A DNA stretch of 64,000 nucleotides from Octopus vulgaris (taxonomy: Eukaryota), in the NCBI GenBank assembly GCA_951406725.2, contig OX597824.1:65906001-65970000 (forward strand), in the 5' to 3' direction. Below, piece by piece: positions 28,001-41,874 of this stretch (the first letter of the stretch is position 1; every line of letters begins with the position of its first letter). A model generated the notes under the pieces. That model was not told where the DNA came from, did not search any database, and saw nothing but the letters and a program-made list of their open reading frames with translations. A program made the position numbers and the translations under genes.

Positions 28001-28659
28001 TGAATGGATGATATATGCTAACAGTTACTGGCAGATATATAAGCTTGAGGTAGATGAAAAATAATAATGAAGATTACACCTTAGAAAATTAGATTTTGCA
28101 TACATGACATAGGATTGAGATGCATATTACATTACAGAACTATATAACTCCCGCCGTTATATGAAAAGAAAAACTCATATTAATTTAGTTAGCAAAGGAG
28201 CTTCTGTATGGTCCTTTGACCTGTTAGAAATCTGATCCAAATTGCCCTCAAATCACAGTGCTTGACCTTAAAAAAAGGCAAGATATTGGAGATATAGATA
28301 TCTACTAAGCATAAAAAAAAGTCCCAGGATGATCATCGTTGGAATGTCATTGATATGTCTAATGGATCAGTAATAATAAACACAAGTGATAAATAAGGAT
28401 TTCTGAAATTGGTTCAAGGTGACAAATTAGTTAAGAATATGTCAAGTTGATTAAATAATCAATCCCTGTGATGACAAACTGTCCAATCCATTCTAAGCAT
28501 AGAAAATTTATGTAAAAATTATGTTGTGCAAGGTGCTAATTCTGTTGACCATGTGGTATTGAGAGGCACGTTGGACCAAGTAGAGTCAGAACATTGCAAG
28601 ATAAGACTAAATACTAAAATAGTGCTAGACATTTTGTTGGATGTCCTCTGTTTCTGCCA

Positions 28660-28925
28660 ACCTCCTCTTCTTTTTCCCTCCCCTCCCTCCCCTTCTTCCC
28701 TTTCTCCTTCCCTCCCTCCCCTTCTTCCCTTTCTCCTTCCCTCTTCTTCCTTTTCTCCTTCCCTCTTCTTCCTTTTCTCCTCCCCTCTTCTTCCTTCTCC
28801 CTCTCCCTCATCTTCCTTCTCCCCTCCCATCCTCCTTACTGCTCCTCTTACCCAACTCCTCCTCTTCCTCACCCTCCCATATTCCTCACTATTCCCTCCC
28901 TCACCCTCTCCACTCCCCTCCTCTC
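28660..28925. repeat. Polypyrimidine (CCT/CTT) low-complexity tract
   Basis: Almost purely C/T on the + strand. Confidence 0.9.
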
Positions 28926-29593
28926 CATAACTCAGCGATTTTGTGAAATAGATTTAAAAAATAAGAACTGGGGTCAATCTATTTGTTCAACAAAATACTT
29001 CAAGGCGGTGCCCTAGCATGACCACAGTCCAATGACTGAAACAAGTAAAAGATAGAAGATATGTAATTAGAGCCTTACAAGATATACATTATACATTAAA
29101 GTATATACACATGAGCAAGTAAAAAGAGAAAACTACAAGATGTCTAATATTTTTTCAACAGTATAAACCATCTAATTGTCATCTGAATAGTGAATCTGTC
29201 AATATTTTTCTTACTCTATACCAGCCAAAGTTTACTTATGTAGTAAGTTACTTAGCAAATAATAGAGAGGATACAGATATACTTCATTGAGAAGTCTTTA
29301 AGGGGAGTAGGCATCCTCTGAGTTGTTGTTCTCATACATGCCAATGAAAAGAACAGAATTGTTAGCAAGCTGTGTCTTTAGTAGAAAAGATTATTATTAC
29401 TATTATGCAGCCATGGTTGACTTTGCCTTTCATCCTTTTGGGGTTGATAAAATTAGTACCAGTTGCATGCTGGGGGTGTCAATGTTATTGATTTCCTCTT
29501 CTCCTCAAAATTTGGACTTGGTACCAAAGATTTGCAAGAATAATAATAATAATAATAATGATGATGATTACTTCTTGGGACACAAAACTCTAC

Positions 29594-30046
29594 TTGTGAA
29601 GACCTGTTGAGGCAAGTGAGAATCGATCAACATCAATGGAAATTGTAGCTGTGATACCAGTGCTGGTGGCACATAAGCGAACCATCCGAATGTGGCTGTT
29701 GCCAGCGCCGCCCCGATGAACATCCATGTTGGTGGCACGTAAAAAGCATCATCCGATCGTGGCCGTTGCCAGCCTTGCCTGGTCCCTGTGCCGGTGGCAC
29801 GTAAAAAGCACTATCCGACCGTGGCCGTTTGCCAGCCCTGTCTGGCACCTGTGCCGGTGGCACATAAAAAGCACCCACTACACTCACAGAGTGGTTGGCG
29901 TTAGGAAGGGCATCCAGCCGTAGAAACATTGCCAGATCAGACTGGGCCTGGTGCAGCCTTCTGGCCTCCCAGACCCCAGTTGAATCGTCCAACCCATGCT
30001 AGCATGGAAAGCGGACGCTAAATGAGGATGATGATGATGATGATGA
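29594..30046 (+). mobile_element. RTE 3' UTR-derived repeat (family B)
   Basis: Near-identical to 8256-8706; (gat)n tail. Confidence 0.8.
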
Positions 30047-30050
30047 TTAT

Positions 30051-30480
30051 GGTGGTGAGCTGGCAGAATCGTTAGCTGGGCAGTATGTTTTAACGGCATT
30101 TTGTCTGTCCTTACATTCTGTGTTCAAATTCTGCTGCGGTTGACTTTGCCTTTCCTCCTTTCCAGGTCAAGCAAATAAGTACTAGTTATGCACTGGGGTC
30201 AATATAATCGACTAGCCCCCTCCCCTACAATTTCAGGCCTTGTGTCTATAGTAGAAAGAATTATTATTGGTGGGCTAGCAGAATTGTTAGCATGCCGGGC
30301 AAAATGCCTAGTGGCATTTCTTTCATCTTTGAATTGTGAATTCAATTTCTGCTGAGGTTGACTTTGCCTTTCATCCTTTTGGGGTCAATAAAATAAGTAG
30401 CAGCTGAGTCTTGGGGTAGATGTAATTGACTATCCCCTTCCCCCAAATTACAGGCTTTGTGCCTATAGTAGAAAGTATTA
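30051..30480 (+). mobile_element. Two tandem family C SINEs
   Basis: ggtggtgagctggcagaatcgttagc head and gactttgcctttcatcctttt core, twice; (att)n tails. Confidence 0.75.
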
Positions 30481-31656
30481 TTATTGCCACCACTGCCACT
30501 ATATTTATGGAGATACTTTGGCCGTTTAATGCTCTAATCTTTAAATCTTTAAATTTAGTGTCATCTAAATAATTGTCTAATTATCATGCAAATCATGTTT
30601 AAAACAAATTTAATCTAATAATGGAAGCCTGATAATATTGTATCATATCTGGACGAAGTTTGATCTAATTTCACACATGACACAATGATACCCTGTCATG
30701 GTTATCTACAGGATAAGAGGAGGATTATATTTGTTTCAAGGTTTCATCTGTAGATCTGGTAACCCTTACTGTGTGACTATAACTGTGTCTTTGTATGTGT
30801 GTGTGTGTGTGTGTATAGAATTGATAGTTGGAAGTGTATGGGAGCACAGAATGAAAGAAACTAGTTTTAGCTAGTTGCTCTGTCTGTCTACTTGCACAAC
30901 AACGGATGAATTTTATTCAGATTGTATGAACCATGTCATGTAATTCTTAACACACATTCACTACAACTATTAGAATGTCAATATTTCATGCTCGATTTCC
31001 TTTAATCAAACATTTATTATCCAACCCTAATTTTTATTGCCATTATTGTTTTTATTTTAACAATGCAGCAACATGGAGAAATAATGAAGATGTTGGGGTG
31101 GTAGTGGTAATTGTTGAAAGAATTATAATCATTAACTTTTGAGTTGTGCTGCTTCGGCTGCCTGCTTTTAATAGGATTCTTTTATCTCAAAGTTCTTTCA
31201 TTAATCAACTTGTTTCTCAAAGAAGGACTTCAATTCCCTATTTATTCCCTTGAAAAAAAAAAAAAAATGTTAAATAATATCAAAACAAATTAACAAATCA
31301 AGAAAATTAATCAATATTTCCAAACATAAACTTGGCAATTGTATTCTCCCAGTGTTATTCATCTGGTTATTTGCCACTTATTTGCATCCTCAGTTGTAAA
31401 GAATTTATGATTTTTGAATGAATGCATGTATATGTTTTCATGTGTCTATAGCTGTGTGTGTGTGTGAATGGATGTGTATATGTGGTTTTATGGTGATATC
31501 CTAATAGAATTGTCCAATGAAGCTTTGTCATTAATTAGAAATTTATTTATAAAAATACAGTTGCCACAGACCACTGAATAGTAACCTACCTACATTCACA
31601 ATTATTAATTGAAATTTTATTTATATTTGTTGGAGGAAAACTATTAGTGTGGCTGT

Positions 31657-32000
31657 CATCATCATCATCATCATCATCATCATTGTTTAATGTCTGCTTT
31701 CCATGCTGGCATGGGTTGGATGGTTTGATTGAGGACTGGCGAACCAGATGGCTGCACCAGGCTCCAATCTGATCTGGCAGAGTTTCTGCAGCTGGATGCC
31801 CTTCCTAACGCCAGCCACTCTGAGAGTGTAGTGGGTGCTTTTATGTGCCACTGGTATGAGGGCCAGTCAGGCAGTACTGGTGAAGGCTATTCTCAAATGG
31901 TGTTTTTTATGTGTCACCTGCACAGGAGCCAGTCCAACGGCACTGGCAACGACCTCGCTCGAATGTTGTTTTCCATGTACCACCGGCACAAGTGCCAGTA
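31657..32000 (-). mobile_element. RTE 3' UTR-derived repeat (family B)
   Basis: (cat)n followed by tttaatgtctgctttccatgctggcatgggttgga. Confidence 0.75.
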
Positions 32001-33458
32001 AGGCGGTGTAAGGTGGTAAGGCTGTGTGGTAAGAAATTTGCTTTGCAACCACATGGTTCTCAGTTCAGTTCCACTGCATGATACCTTGTGCAAATCTCTT
32101 TTTTATGGCCATGGGCTGATCAAAACCTTGTGTGGTACTGAGCTGAAGCTGTGGTGAAAGCGGGAGAGTAGGTAGGCCCTGCCGGGAGTTCCTGAGGACG
32201 GAAGTGCTGAAGAGAGCATGCACAGCAGGACAGGAAGGCCATGGTGAAATATTTCCATTCTTGGAAACAGATGAGTGTTGGCACCTGGAAAGGCAACCAG
32301 GTGAAGAAAAAGTCTTCCTTAACAAATTCCATCTGACACATGCTAGCATGGAAAAGTGGATGTTAAAAGGATACTGTTGTTGGTGTATGTATACACAGAT
32401 GCATGCACAATTCACCCTTCTTAGTGCTTCACCAGACACTATCACCTATGTCATTTTACCTATTCCATTAACAAACCAAATCCCGACCGCACTTCTGAAG
32501 TGTGACATCTTCCCCAATAAAGAGTAACCCTTTCTCTATTACTTTTTCTGTACTTCACACAATGTAGGTGAAGTAAAACATTTTTGCTTTGTAACATGAT
32601 AGGCTTTTAGTGGTAGGCTTTGTGGGCTTCTTTGAATTTACATAGCATAAAGCTTGGTGATGGTTCCTGTGCAGAGAGCTCAATAAGATGCCTCTGCAAT
32701 TACAACTCTGTTCTCTTAGTTGGTCAACTTGAATTTCATCCTCTAAAGGCTTGAAAATGTTCCAAATACAGAACATTAACTGTACAGTCAGTGTGCAAGT
32801 ATGCACAAACACTCAAAATGCCAGAAAGGCACATCACTACTGTACATGTATGATTCACAATTACTGAAAGCTGAGTACAATGTGTGGCACCATACCACTC
32901 ATAACTGAACCATACATGATTGTCAACACTAGCACAGATTCATTTACCATGTTTGTCAGAAGCAAGGCTAAATATAGCCCATAAGCAAGGCTAAATATAG
33001 CCCATAAGCAAGGAAAGTATGAAAAGCCTAAACATAAGCAGTACACTGCCTCATGACAACACCACACAAAGCTGAACAGTACATAATTATCAAAACTAAT
33101 TCATATTCCAAATATGCCAAAGGCTGAAGCTCATGAACTTTCAAGTTATATAATATATAACAAACTATACACTGTTTCATAATATACAACAACTTTAAGA
33201 AAACTGGAAGTGGCACTACACATAACCATAGGGAACTTGCTTCTGAACTGTGTGGTCTTGGGTTCATTTCCACTCTATAATACCTTATGTAAGTGTCTTC
33301 TATTATAACCCCCAGGCTTACCAAAGACTTGTGAATGAATTTGGTAGATGGAAACTGAAAAAAGCTCATTGTATGTGTGTATATATGGTGGTGGTTGTCT
33401 ACTCCTTATACATAAGGAGTAGACAACCACCACCATATATACACACATACAATATATA

Positions 33459-33856
33459 TAGTAATAATAACAATAAGCTTTGGATGGAATTCATAAACAT
33501 TTAATGCATTGCTATGTGCATTTTCACAAATCACATGTCTCTTAAGATCAAAGTCTGTATTCGTGGGATGATTTTAGCGTAGTCTGTAGTATCCATGGAC
33601 ATTGTAGTATCCGTAGACAACCTTCATACTGGTCAAAAGGGATAAACATATCTCTAGTAAACATCCATTAATGTAATATCAGCTGAAGAAATGAATCCAG
33701 GAAGATGATCTACCCAATGCCCATGGGTGCTATAGACTACACTGTAATCATCCCAGGAAGACTGTGATCTTAAGTGACATGTGATTTGTGGAAATGCATA
33801 TAGCAATGTATTAGATGTTTATAAATTCCATCAAAAGATTGTTCTTATCATTACTA
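33459..33856. repeat. Old long inverted repeat (arms about 33459-33604 and 33715-33856)
   Basis: cattgctatgtgcattttcacaaatcacatgtctcttaagatca pairs with tgatcttaagtgacatgtgatttgtggaaatgcatatagcaatg, and the pairing extends on both sides. Confidence 0.85.
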
Positions 33857-34005
33857 CATTTATCCTACATATATTGGTACAGCTCAATGCAACCCCAAAA
33901 AAGTGCTTCACCAGTTAGCGTCATTAGACTGTGGTGGCATAATGGAATAGGAGCTTTATTTACATATTCAAAACATTTCCTGTAAACAAATTTGGAAGAT
34001 ATATA

Positions 34006-34036
<31 letters not shown>

Positions 34037-35022
34037 GCGCGTGCATGCATATGTAACTTACCTCTTCCCCTCACCAGTCCCAGAGTTCCTGAAAAGGATC
34101 ATAGGAACTGTCTTTTGTGTTCTGAATAAGCTATTAAAACAAACAAAAGCAGCTAACACTTAATCAACTTAATTGTGCTTAATCTTCATAAAACATTACC
34201 ATTGCACTTTCATCTGAGATTATTCAATTTGTACTTTGCTTTTTGCTGCAGCACCTTTAGATTTCCTGTCCATTCATGTTATATGACAATGCAGTTACAT
34301 ATTTCCTCCATATATCTAATATTTTATTCTTTTTCATAAATCATAGGTTCTTCCATCCATATGCAATCACTACTTTGCCACTGTATCATTTGTGTTCTCT
34401 GTGATGTAGGCTAATAGGGATAATTTACTACTTTGAGTAAGCCATCTATCGTTATTCTTGTTGTGTAGCCACAGATCAGTCCTGATTCTGTAGTCTTATC
34501 ACTAAATGTGTTCTAGCTGTCATTATAGTTTTTTTTCTTTTTTTCATAGTGTATAAATCTAGGACTAGTTTATCCAATATGTCATTCCTATATTTCAGAA
34601 CAACAAGGTATGATTTAAAGGGAGATTTTACCTGCTGTTTCTTATAGATCAGATGTCTGTATAAATGCTCTTTTTTGCTCATTGCTCATGTTAGGCTATT
34701 GTGATGCTTATAAAAAATGTAAACAAGAATATGAGTTGCACAATTTTATTTACACAATCTGATGAAACTGATTGGTTCAATCCTCATTACAAGTTGCCAA
34801 AAATATTTATTTAGTATATGGATATACAGATTTATATACAGAATTGCAACAATATTATATATTTTACTCTATTATTCTTCCTTTCAGCTTTTTAAACTTT
34901 AAATGTATTTTATTTTTAGCTCCTTTATATTGTGTCTTTTATAAAACTGTTTCTCTGACATTGTATTAATTTCATATCATTGCAGGTTGATGATAATAGT
35001 GTAGAGTAGCTGGCGACTTACA

Positions 35023-37032
35023 ATGTCTCACATTATCCCGATGGTATCAGGTTCTCCGCCACCTCTTGATGATATTACTTGGAATGATGAAGAAGACGAT
35101 GAAGATGACTTTGGTAATTTCACCGGTGTTGCAGACAATGTCAAAAGCCCTTCCTCTGACAGAGGGTTGTATTTGGATGATACTGTTGAGTTTGATGCCT
35201 TTAAAGACATACACTTCAACACCATAGATGGGGACATTGTAAATAAAGATCTTTCATCAGCATCAGCTACCAGTGAACGACCCATTCTTCAGAACCTCAA
35301 CTTGTTCCCAGACAACCCCCCTCACATTGAGCTTAGTGAAAAAGCCTTCAGTAATGGAGAAGATATGCAAACAGCATCAAATGTTGCTGAGTTTGAAAAT
35401 ATTAGTTGTGATACTAAGACATTGGGCTATTTGTCCAACCTTGATGGCAGTCGAGGTCGAGACTCTATGACTGATTCTGGTCACTGTAGTACTGATATCT
35501 CACCTGTTCCAAAGTCGGATGAAAGTCCAGATTCCTGTGATAAAAGTACCTCTTCTGAACTTGAAGATAACTTCAATGGTGAAGTAGGTGAGAAAGGGAA
35601 TTGTCAATTGTTCTGTAATCTCTCTGAGATCAATACAGACCAGCTGACTGGTAGAGCTGATAGCTCTGGTTGTGATAAAGATAAACGTTTTATCAACACC
35701 ACCAACACCACCACCTCTAATAATACTAACACTACCACCACTACTAACACAGACATTGACCACAGTACATCCCAAACAGATCCACAGAACCCAAATAAAG
35801 ACATTTCTTCACATGAACAATCTTCGTTTAGTACAAACACCATGAATCAACAAACTGATAAATCTGGTGATTCACCATCACCACCACCACAACCACCACC
35901 ACTACCACCACCTCCACCATCCTCCTCCTCTTCTTCCTCATCATCATCATCACCATCATTATCAACATCACTTCCTTCTCCTAACTGTCCTCCTCTCCCT
36001 CTACCTACTACAGCACCAGATTCTGCTGCTATTTCCCAATCTGAATTTACAGCTGGAACCAATGAAGCTGTGAGTTCAAATCTATCCAACACTTGTTTGT
36101 CAGGCATGTTTGATGATGATTCTGATGACTGGGCAGACTTCTCGTTTGCTGTCACATCGAATCCACCTCCTCTACCACCTCAGGGCAATAACACTTGCAG
36201 CAGTTTCCAGGTCTCTGAAAACCTGTTCTCCCCGTCCACACCGTCTTTTGAAGAGTCGTCTACACGAGCTGAAAATGAAGAATTTGCATCAGAAAGCATT
36301 GAAAATGAATTAGCAGCAGGTGAAGACACCCTAAAAGACATTTCTGAAGAGATTCAGAGTTCTTCATCCATTCAATTTGACTCAAATTCTAGAAACCCTA
36401 ATTCTTCACCAGATATACGGAGTGAAATAGATTTACCGAGTCTTGATGAGAGTTCAATAGACTATGACGATTTGGTTCAGAACTGTGAGTCTCGCAGTAA
36501 CGACAGTCTAGATGGGAGCTATTCCATTTCGGATCAGGTCCGGACAGTTGAACTGAAATATTCCACAGAGGAGAACCAAGAATCAGACGATGATTATGGT
36601 GCTTTTCCAGGAACAGGTACTAATTCAGCTTCAGATAATTTTGTGCCCAGAACATCAAACAGTGATTCAATAACTAGTCAAACAAAGTCTGAAGAGGATG
36701 AGTTTGGTGATTTCAATAAGTTCAATCGAGCTGTTGCAGAAAGTGAAGACGAGTGGGCTGATTTTGAAGCTGCCACTTCACCTTTTTCTGTGGACATCCA
36801 AGTGCCAACAGAGTCGGCTGTGTCTGACAAGTTGAAAGAGGAAGAGGAAGAGGAATCCTCTTGGTGTAGTTTTGATGCTAACGTCCAATCACATTCCAGT
36901 CATGAAATTGACAGTGGCCAATGGGCACAGTTTTCTGAAAGTTCCTCACTCAGCCATAATGATCAGGAGCTTCCAGATGCTTCACAGCAACAGCTACCAA
37001 GTTTTTTCCCACTTGACCCACTACATTCCAAT
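35023..37032 (+). CDS. AFTPH: Aftiphilin, first coding exon (670 codons; exon starts at 34986 after tgcag)
   Basis: N-terminus MSHIIPMVSGSPPPLDD..DDEDDFGNF matches the aftiphilin start; adaptor-ear motifs FGNF, YGAF, FGDF and acidic WxxF motifs WADF (twice), WCSF, WAQF; donor gtaagt at 37033, phase 0; in-frame TAG upstream at 35002. Confidence 0.9.
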
Positions 37033-37443
37033 GTAAGTAACTTTGATTTACTTGTATATATCAGCTGCACCACTGCTACTACTTCAACAATCACTACTCT
37101 ACCAATATCACATCATCTAAGACAACTATACAGGCAATGTAGAATAACTGTATTATTATTACTACTGTTATTGTTTTTATTGTTACAACAACAAAATTTA
37201 CCAAACTATATTATTGCAACTACTTCCACCACCACATCAACCAGAAAAAAAGAAAAATTATCACAAAAGCCAGCATAAGAATGAAGTAACAACCATCACA
37301 ATGACAAATATCATCACCAACAACAATTACCACCAGCACTACATCAAATACCATCAGCAATTATATTAACAAATTAAAGAAATGTTTACTGTTTTCTCTC
37401 TCATTTGCTCTAAACTTGAATTTATCAATCTTCATTGAGATAT

Positions 37444-37805
37444 TTACTCTTTTACTTGTTTCAGTCATTTGACTGTGGCCATGCTGGAGCACTGCCTTTA
37501 GTCAAGGAAATCGACCCCAGGACTTATTCTTTGGAAGCCACGTACTTATTCTATTGGTCTCTTTTTGCCGAACTGCTAAGTTACGGGGATGTAAACACAC
37601 CAGCATTGGTTGTCAAGCAATGTTGGGGGGGACAAACACAGACACACAAACACACATATATAGACATATACATATATACAACAGGCTTCTTTCAGTTTCC
37701 ATCTACCAATTCCACTTGCAAGGCTTTGGTCCGCCCAAGGCTATAGCAGTGGGACTGAACCTGGAACCATGTGGTTGGTAAGCAAGCTACTTACCATACA
37801 GCCAC
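37444..37805 (-). mobile_element. tRNA-derived SINE family A
   Basis: Reverse complement of 13611-13985. Confidence 0.85.
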
Positions 37806-39112
37806 ACAAAAAAATGTTAGTTATATATCTGAGCTCTCTGTCAGTCTGTCTCTCTATGTACACACACACACACACACAATGTTATCCTTCATTCTATGTT
37901 TACTATAATGTAATATATGTTTTACTCTATAATATGTACTGAGTCCTCTCATTTTATTTATGAAAACTCTTGCAATTTACCATGTATATATGTGTGTGTA
38001 TGTGCATGTTGTTTCTGTTTTATTAAAGTGTTGAACTGAAAAAGCTAAAACTTATCCTTATGAAGCTATTGATCCATGATTTTAATCTTAGTATAATTGT
38101 TAGTATCTCTTAAGTTAACAATTGCTAGCAGTTAATAATGTGGGGATGTATTTGGAAAACATTTTCACTTACATTATTAATGCTCTTGGCAAAAGCATGT
38201 ATGTTGCAAAATCATGATTCTGCTACCCAAGAAATGCCTTATAGTCATGTGTTTGTTAAAAAACTGAAATGATAAATGCTGAAAGTGAAAACAATAACAT
38301 CTTATTAAAACTATTCTTCTCTGCAAGCCAGCAAGAGAACCTATGCTTGGACCTGCCATAGGGATGGTCACCTAGTCCTTGATAAAGTATCTGAAAATGA
38401 ATAGCACACCATGTCATGATTAGAATGCCCTTGATTCTTAGGTCTACAAATGCAGAGTTCATAAGGGGTTAAAGCAACAACAACAAATAAGTATGAACTT
38501 TTGTTGTTTCACAAGGTAGAGCTAATCTCCCAGTCAGACTGAATCTGTGGCCTGGCTTATATTCTCAGTTGTCATTTCACTTAATAAAATATGTGAATAC
38601 CATAATTCCATTCATCTTTACTTAAATCTAGAAATGTGTGCTTATTTAAAAGATCCCTATGTTATTAAGATATCTTAAAATAAAATTCTTGGTAGATCTA
38701 ATCATGAAGAGGCTTTTTTTTTTCAAATATTTTACATTCTAATTTTGACAAAATACCATCTGCAGTGGGAAATATATAAAACCTGGGAGATATGATGTAT
38801 CAAGGAACTAATCTTTTTCTTGGAGTCGAGGTTTTTTTGGGAAAATAGAATGTAGTCTTGGCACTGCAGACTATCTATGAAGATGAAATAGCAAAGTGAT
38901 TAAGGTTTTAGACTGATAAATCAAAGCTAGTGAGTTCATAACTGCTGTAAGTATTTCATTGTAACTCTAGATTACAACACTTATTTGATTGGCTTCACTT
39001 CCGTGAACTGCCAAATAACAGGTAACAGATGTAAGAATGTTACCTTCAGTAAATTAGTATACTGTCTCAGTATACTGATCATTTCTAGATCTAAACACCT
39101 AGAAGCATATAT

Positions 39113-39343
39113 CCGTTTCTTTACTACCCACAAGGGGCTACACACAGAGGGGACAAACAAGGACAGACAAATGGATTAACTCGATTACATCGACCCCAGT
39201 GTGTAACTGGTACTTAATTTATCGACCCCGAAAGGATGAAAGGCAAAGTCGACCTTGGCGGAATTTGAACTCAGAACGTAATGGCAGACGAAATACGGCT
39301 ACGCATTTCGCCCGGCGTGCTAACGTTTCTGCCAGCTCGCCGA
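39113..39343 (-). mobile_element. Young family C SINE with target-site duplication
   Basis: CpG-rich reverse complement of 16920-17140; flanked on both sides by gaagcatatatc/gaagcatatatatc-like direct repeats (about 39102 and 39342). Confidence 0.85.
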
Positions 39344-40380
39344 AGCATATATCATTATCATCACTACTACTACTACTAACTATCTATCTATTTATGTGCA
39401 GTAGCAGAAGCAATTGAGAGCTGGACAAAATTTCTTTAATCTCTCTGATATCAATCCATCTGATATAGTCTCTAGTTCCATAATACAAAACTACCTATTC
39501 TAAAGCTCTTCAGATATAAATTAAAATATTTCATCATTGTTTTAAGCAACATTTTAAAACTAACTACACAAACTCACTAAGGTATCTTTATAGTGTTCCT
39601 AATTTCTTCTTAATAATAAAAATGGTAGTTATTTAACTAAATCTGGTGAAATTTTTTGTTATTTTCAAAATTAATTGAATGACATAATCTGCATGTTTCA
39701 TTAGAAATGTAATTGTGAAAGGGTTAGGTTAAGTACATAGTTATGTTCCAAATTCAAATTTTACCTGAACAGACTTTGCTTTTCATTCTCTAGGGTTGAT
39801 GAAATAAATGCCACTCATTTACTGGAGTCAGTTTAATTGGCACCTATTTTCTACAGGTATTTAACATAGTGCAAACGCTAGATATTAATATTGTTATTAT
39901 TATAAGCTATAATTAGTTAATAAATGTCATGTGCATAACAATGACATATGTACTAATTCTTAATATGTTCCAGCATATTCAAACATGAATATGCCACTCA
40001 CTATTGTATTTCATCTTTGGAAAACAATTTCTTTCTTCAGATGAAGGATGAATGTGTATTAAGACACACATTCATCTTATAGTAAAGGAACTTTGGGACA
40101 TTCAATATTTCAACCTTGTTGTGTCTCCCCAGCCAAAGTTACTCCAGTTTAATGAATCTAAACAAGAGGTTTTGGCTCTTGTGTATAAGTTAAGCGAACA
40201 ATCTATGTGCTGATGTGTGCTATCTGCCTAACTGATAGTAAATCATTATGTGCACGGTTAATTTTTAGTTACTTCTACATTCCATCATTAGTTTCTATGT
40301 TTTGATTTGTTTTGCTATTTTATGAGTGACATCAAAGAAATTCAATGATTCCTCAATAAAGATGTTCCAACTGTTTAATC

Positions 40381-40557
40381 CAGGGGTCCCCAATCACTGG
40401 GCTATGGACCTTTGGTAGGCTGCACAGAAAGAACACATTTGAAAATTTTATTTGTAATGTAATAATTAAATTATATGTTATCCATTTCCAGTTCATGGGA
40501 AAATTCTCTTGAATGAAACTGGTTCATGGTGCAAAAAAAATGGATTGGGGACTGCTG
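40381..40557. mobile_element. hAT MITE
   Basis: TIRs caggggtccccaatc / gattggggactgctg; 8-bp TSD gtttaatc / gcttaatc. Confidence 0.8.
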
Positions 40558-41483
40558 GCTTAATCAACAAGAAACCTCATTAAATTATAGCCAAAGTGGC
40601 TGAGTATTCCCTATACAGTAATACTTTTAACATAATCCTCAAGTAGAATTAATATGGTATGTGGCAAAACTGGCCTTTTGAATTACAGGAGCATTTTGTC
40701 TATACAGTTTCCAACTATCTAATTTCACTCACTTGTCTTGGTTCTACTTGAAGTCATAGAAAAAGACATTTGGCAAGGTACCCCACAATGAGATTGAACC
40801 TGTGATAATGGATGTGAAGCAAACTTCTTAACCATTTGGTCTTACCTATACCCAAGTCAGTACATATAGCACTCTGTTACTAATAACATAAAAATCCTTG
40901 ACTTAATAACTTAATATCTTGTTTAATTAGCCACTGGAAACTACTTTATTTCAGTTGTAAATTAGATGTAGTTATGCAGGTCAAATAAATATATAAATGG
41001 GACATTTGTGAGGTGCTGTGAGCTGAGAGAAAATAGAACAGATGTAAAGGTTAAGTAGCAGTCTGTATGAGATAAATATTGTGAAGAAGGGCAAAAACCA
41101 TGCTCGATTAAATATGATCAAGAGTTTAATTCATGGCTATTCTGTTTACTGTTCAACTTTCACTGTGATTGAAAATGGGTCTGTGGGGTGCAGGTGAAAC
41201 ACTTTGGACAATATTGATGTACAATGGAATAATTGTTTGAAAGAAGAATATCTGTAGAATGTAATTTTCTGTTTTCTTGAGCCATTTTCATGATTAAAGA
41301 AAAAAATATTGTTATTAGTTTAGGAAAGGAGGGTATAACTTATATATATATTTATATAAAACAAGCTTCTTTCAGTTTATGTCCACCAAATACACACACA
41401 AGGCTGTGGTCAGTCTAGGGCTATAGTAGAACACTTGCCCAAGCTGCTACACAGTGGCAAAACCATGTAGTGCCTTTATATAT

Positions 41484-41839
41484 TACTCTTTTACTCTTTT
41501 ACTTGTTTCAGTCATTTGACTGCGGCCATGCTGGAGCACCACCTTTTAGTACTTATTCTATCGGTCTCTTTTTGCCGAACCGCTAAGTGACGGGGACCTA
41601 AACACACCAGCATCGGTTGTCAAGCAATGCTAGGGGGACAAACACAGACACACAAACACACGCATACATATATATATATACATATATACGACAGGCTTCT
41701 TTCAGTTTCCGTCTACCAAATCCACTCACAAGGCATTGGTCGGCCCGGGGCTATAGCAGAAGACACTTGCCCAAGATGCCACGCAGTGGGACTGAACCCG
41801 CAACCGTGTGGTTGGTTAGCAAGCTACTTACCACACAGC

Positions 41840-41842
<3 letters not shown>
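41484..41842 (-). mobile_element. Young tRNA-derived SINE family A
   Basis: CpG-intact reverse complement of the family A consensus. Confidence 0.85.

Positions 41843-41871
<29 letters not shown>

Positions 41872-41874
<3 letters not shown>

Noticed and set aside
32961-33012. 23-bp tandem duplication gcaaggctaaatatagcccataa
   Set aside because: Only two units; a simple local duplication
40038-40078. CAGATGA followed by a 12-bp hairpin
   Set aside because: No GAAA or stem I; insufficient to call a hammerhead
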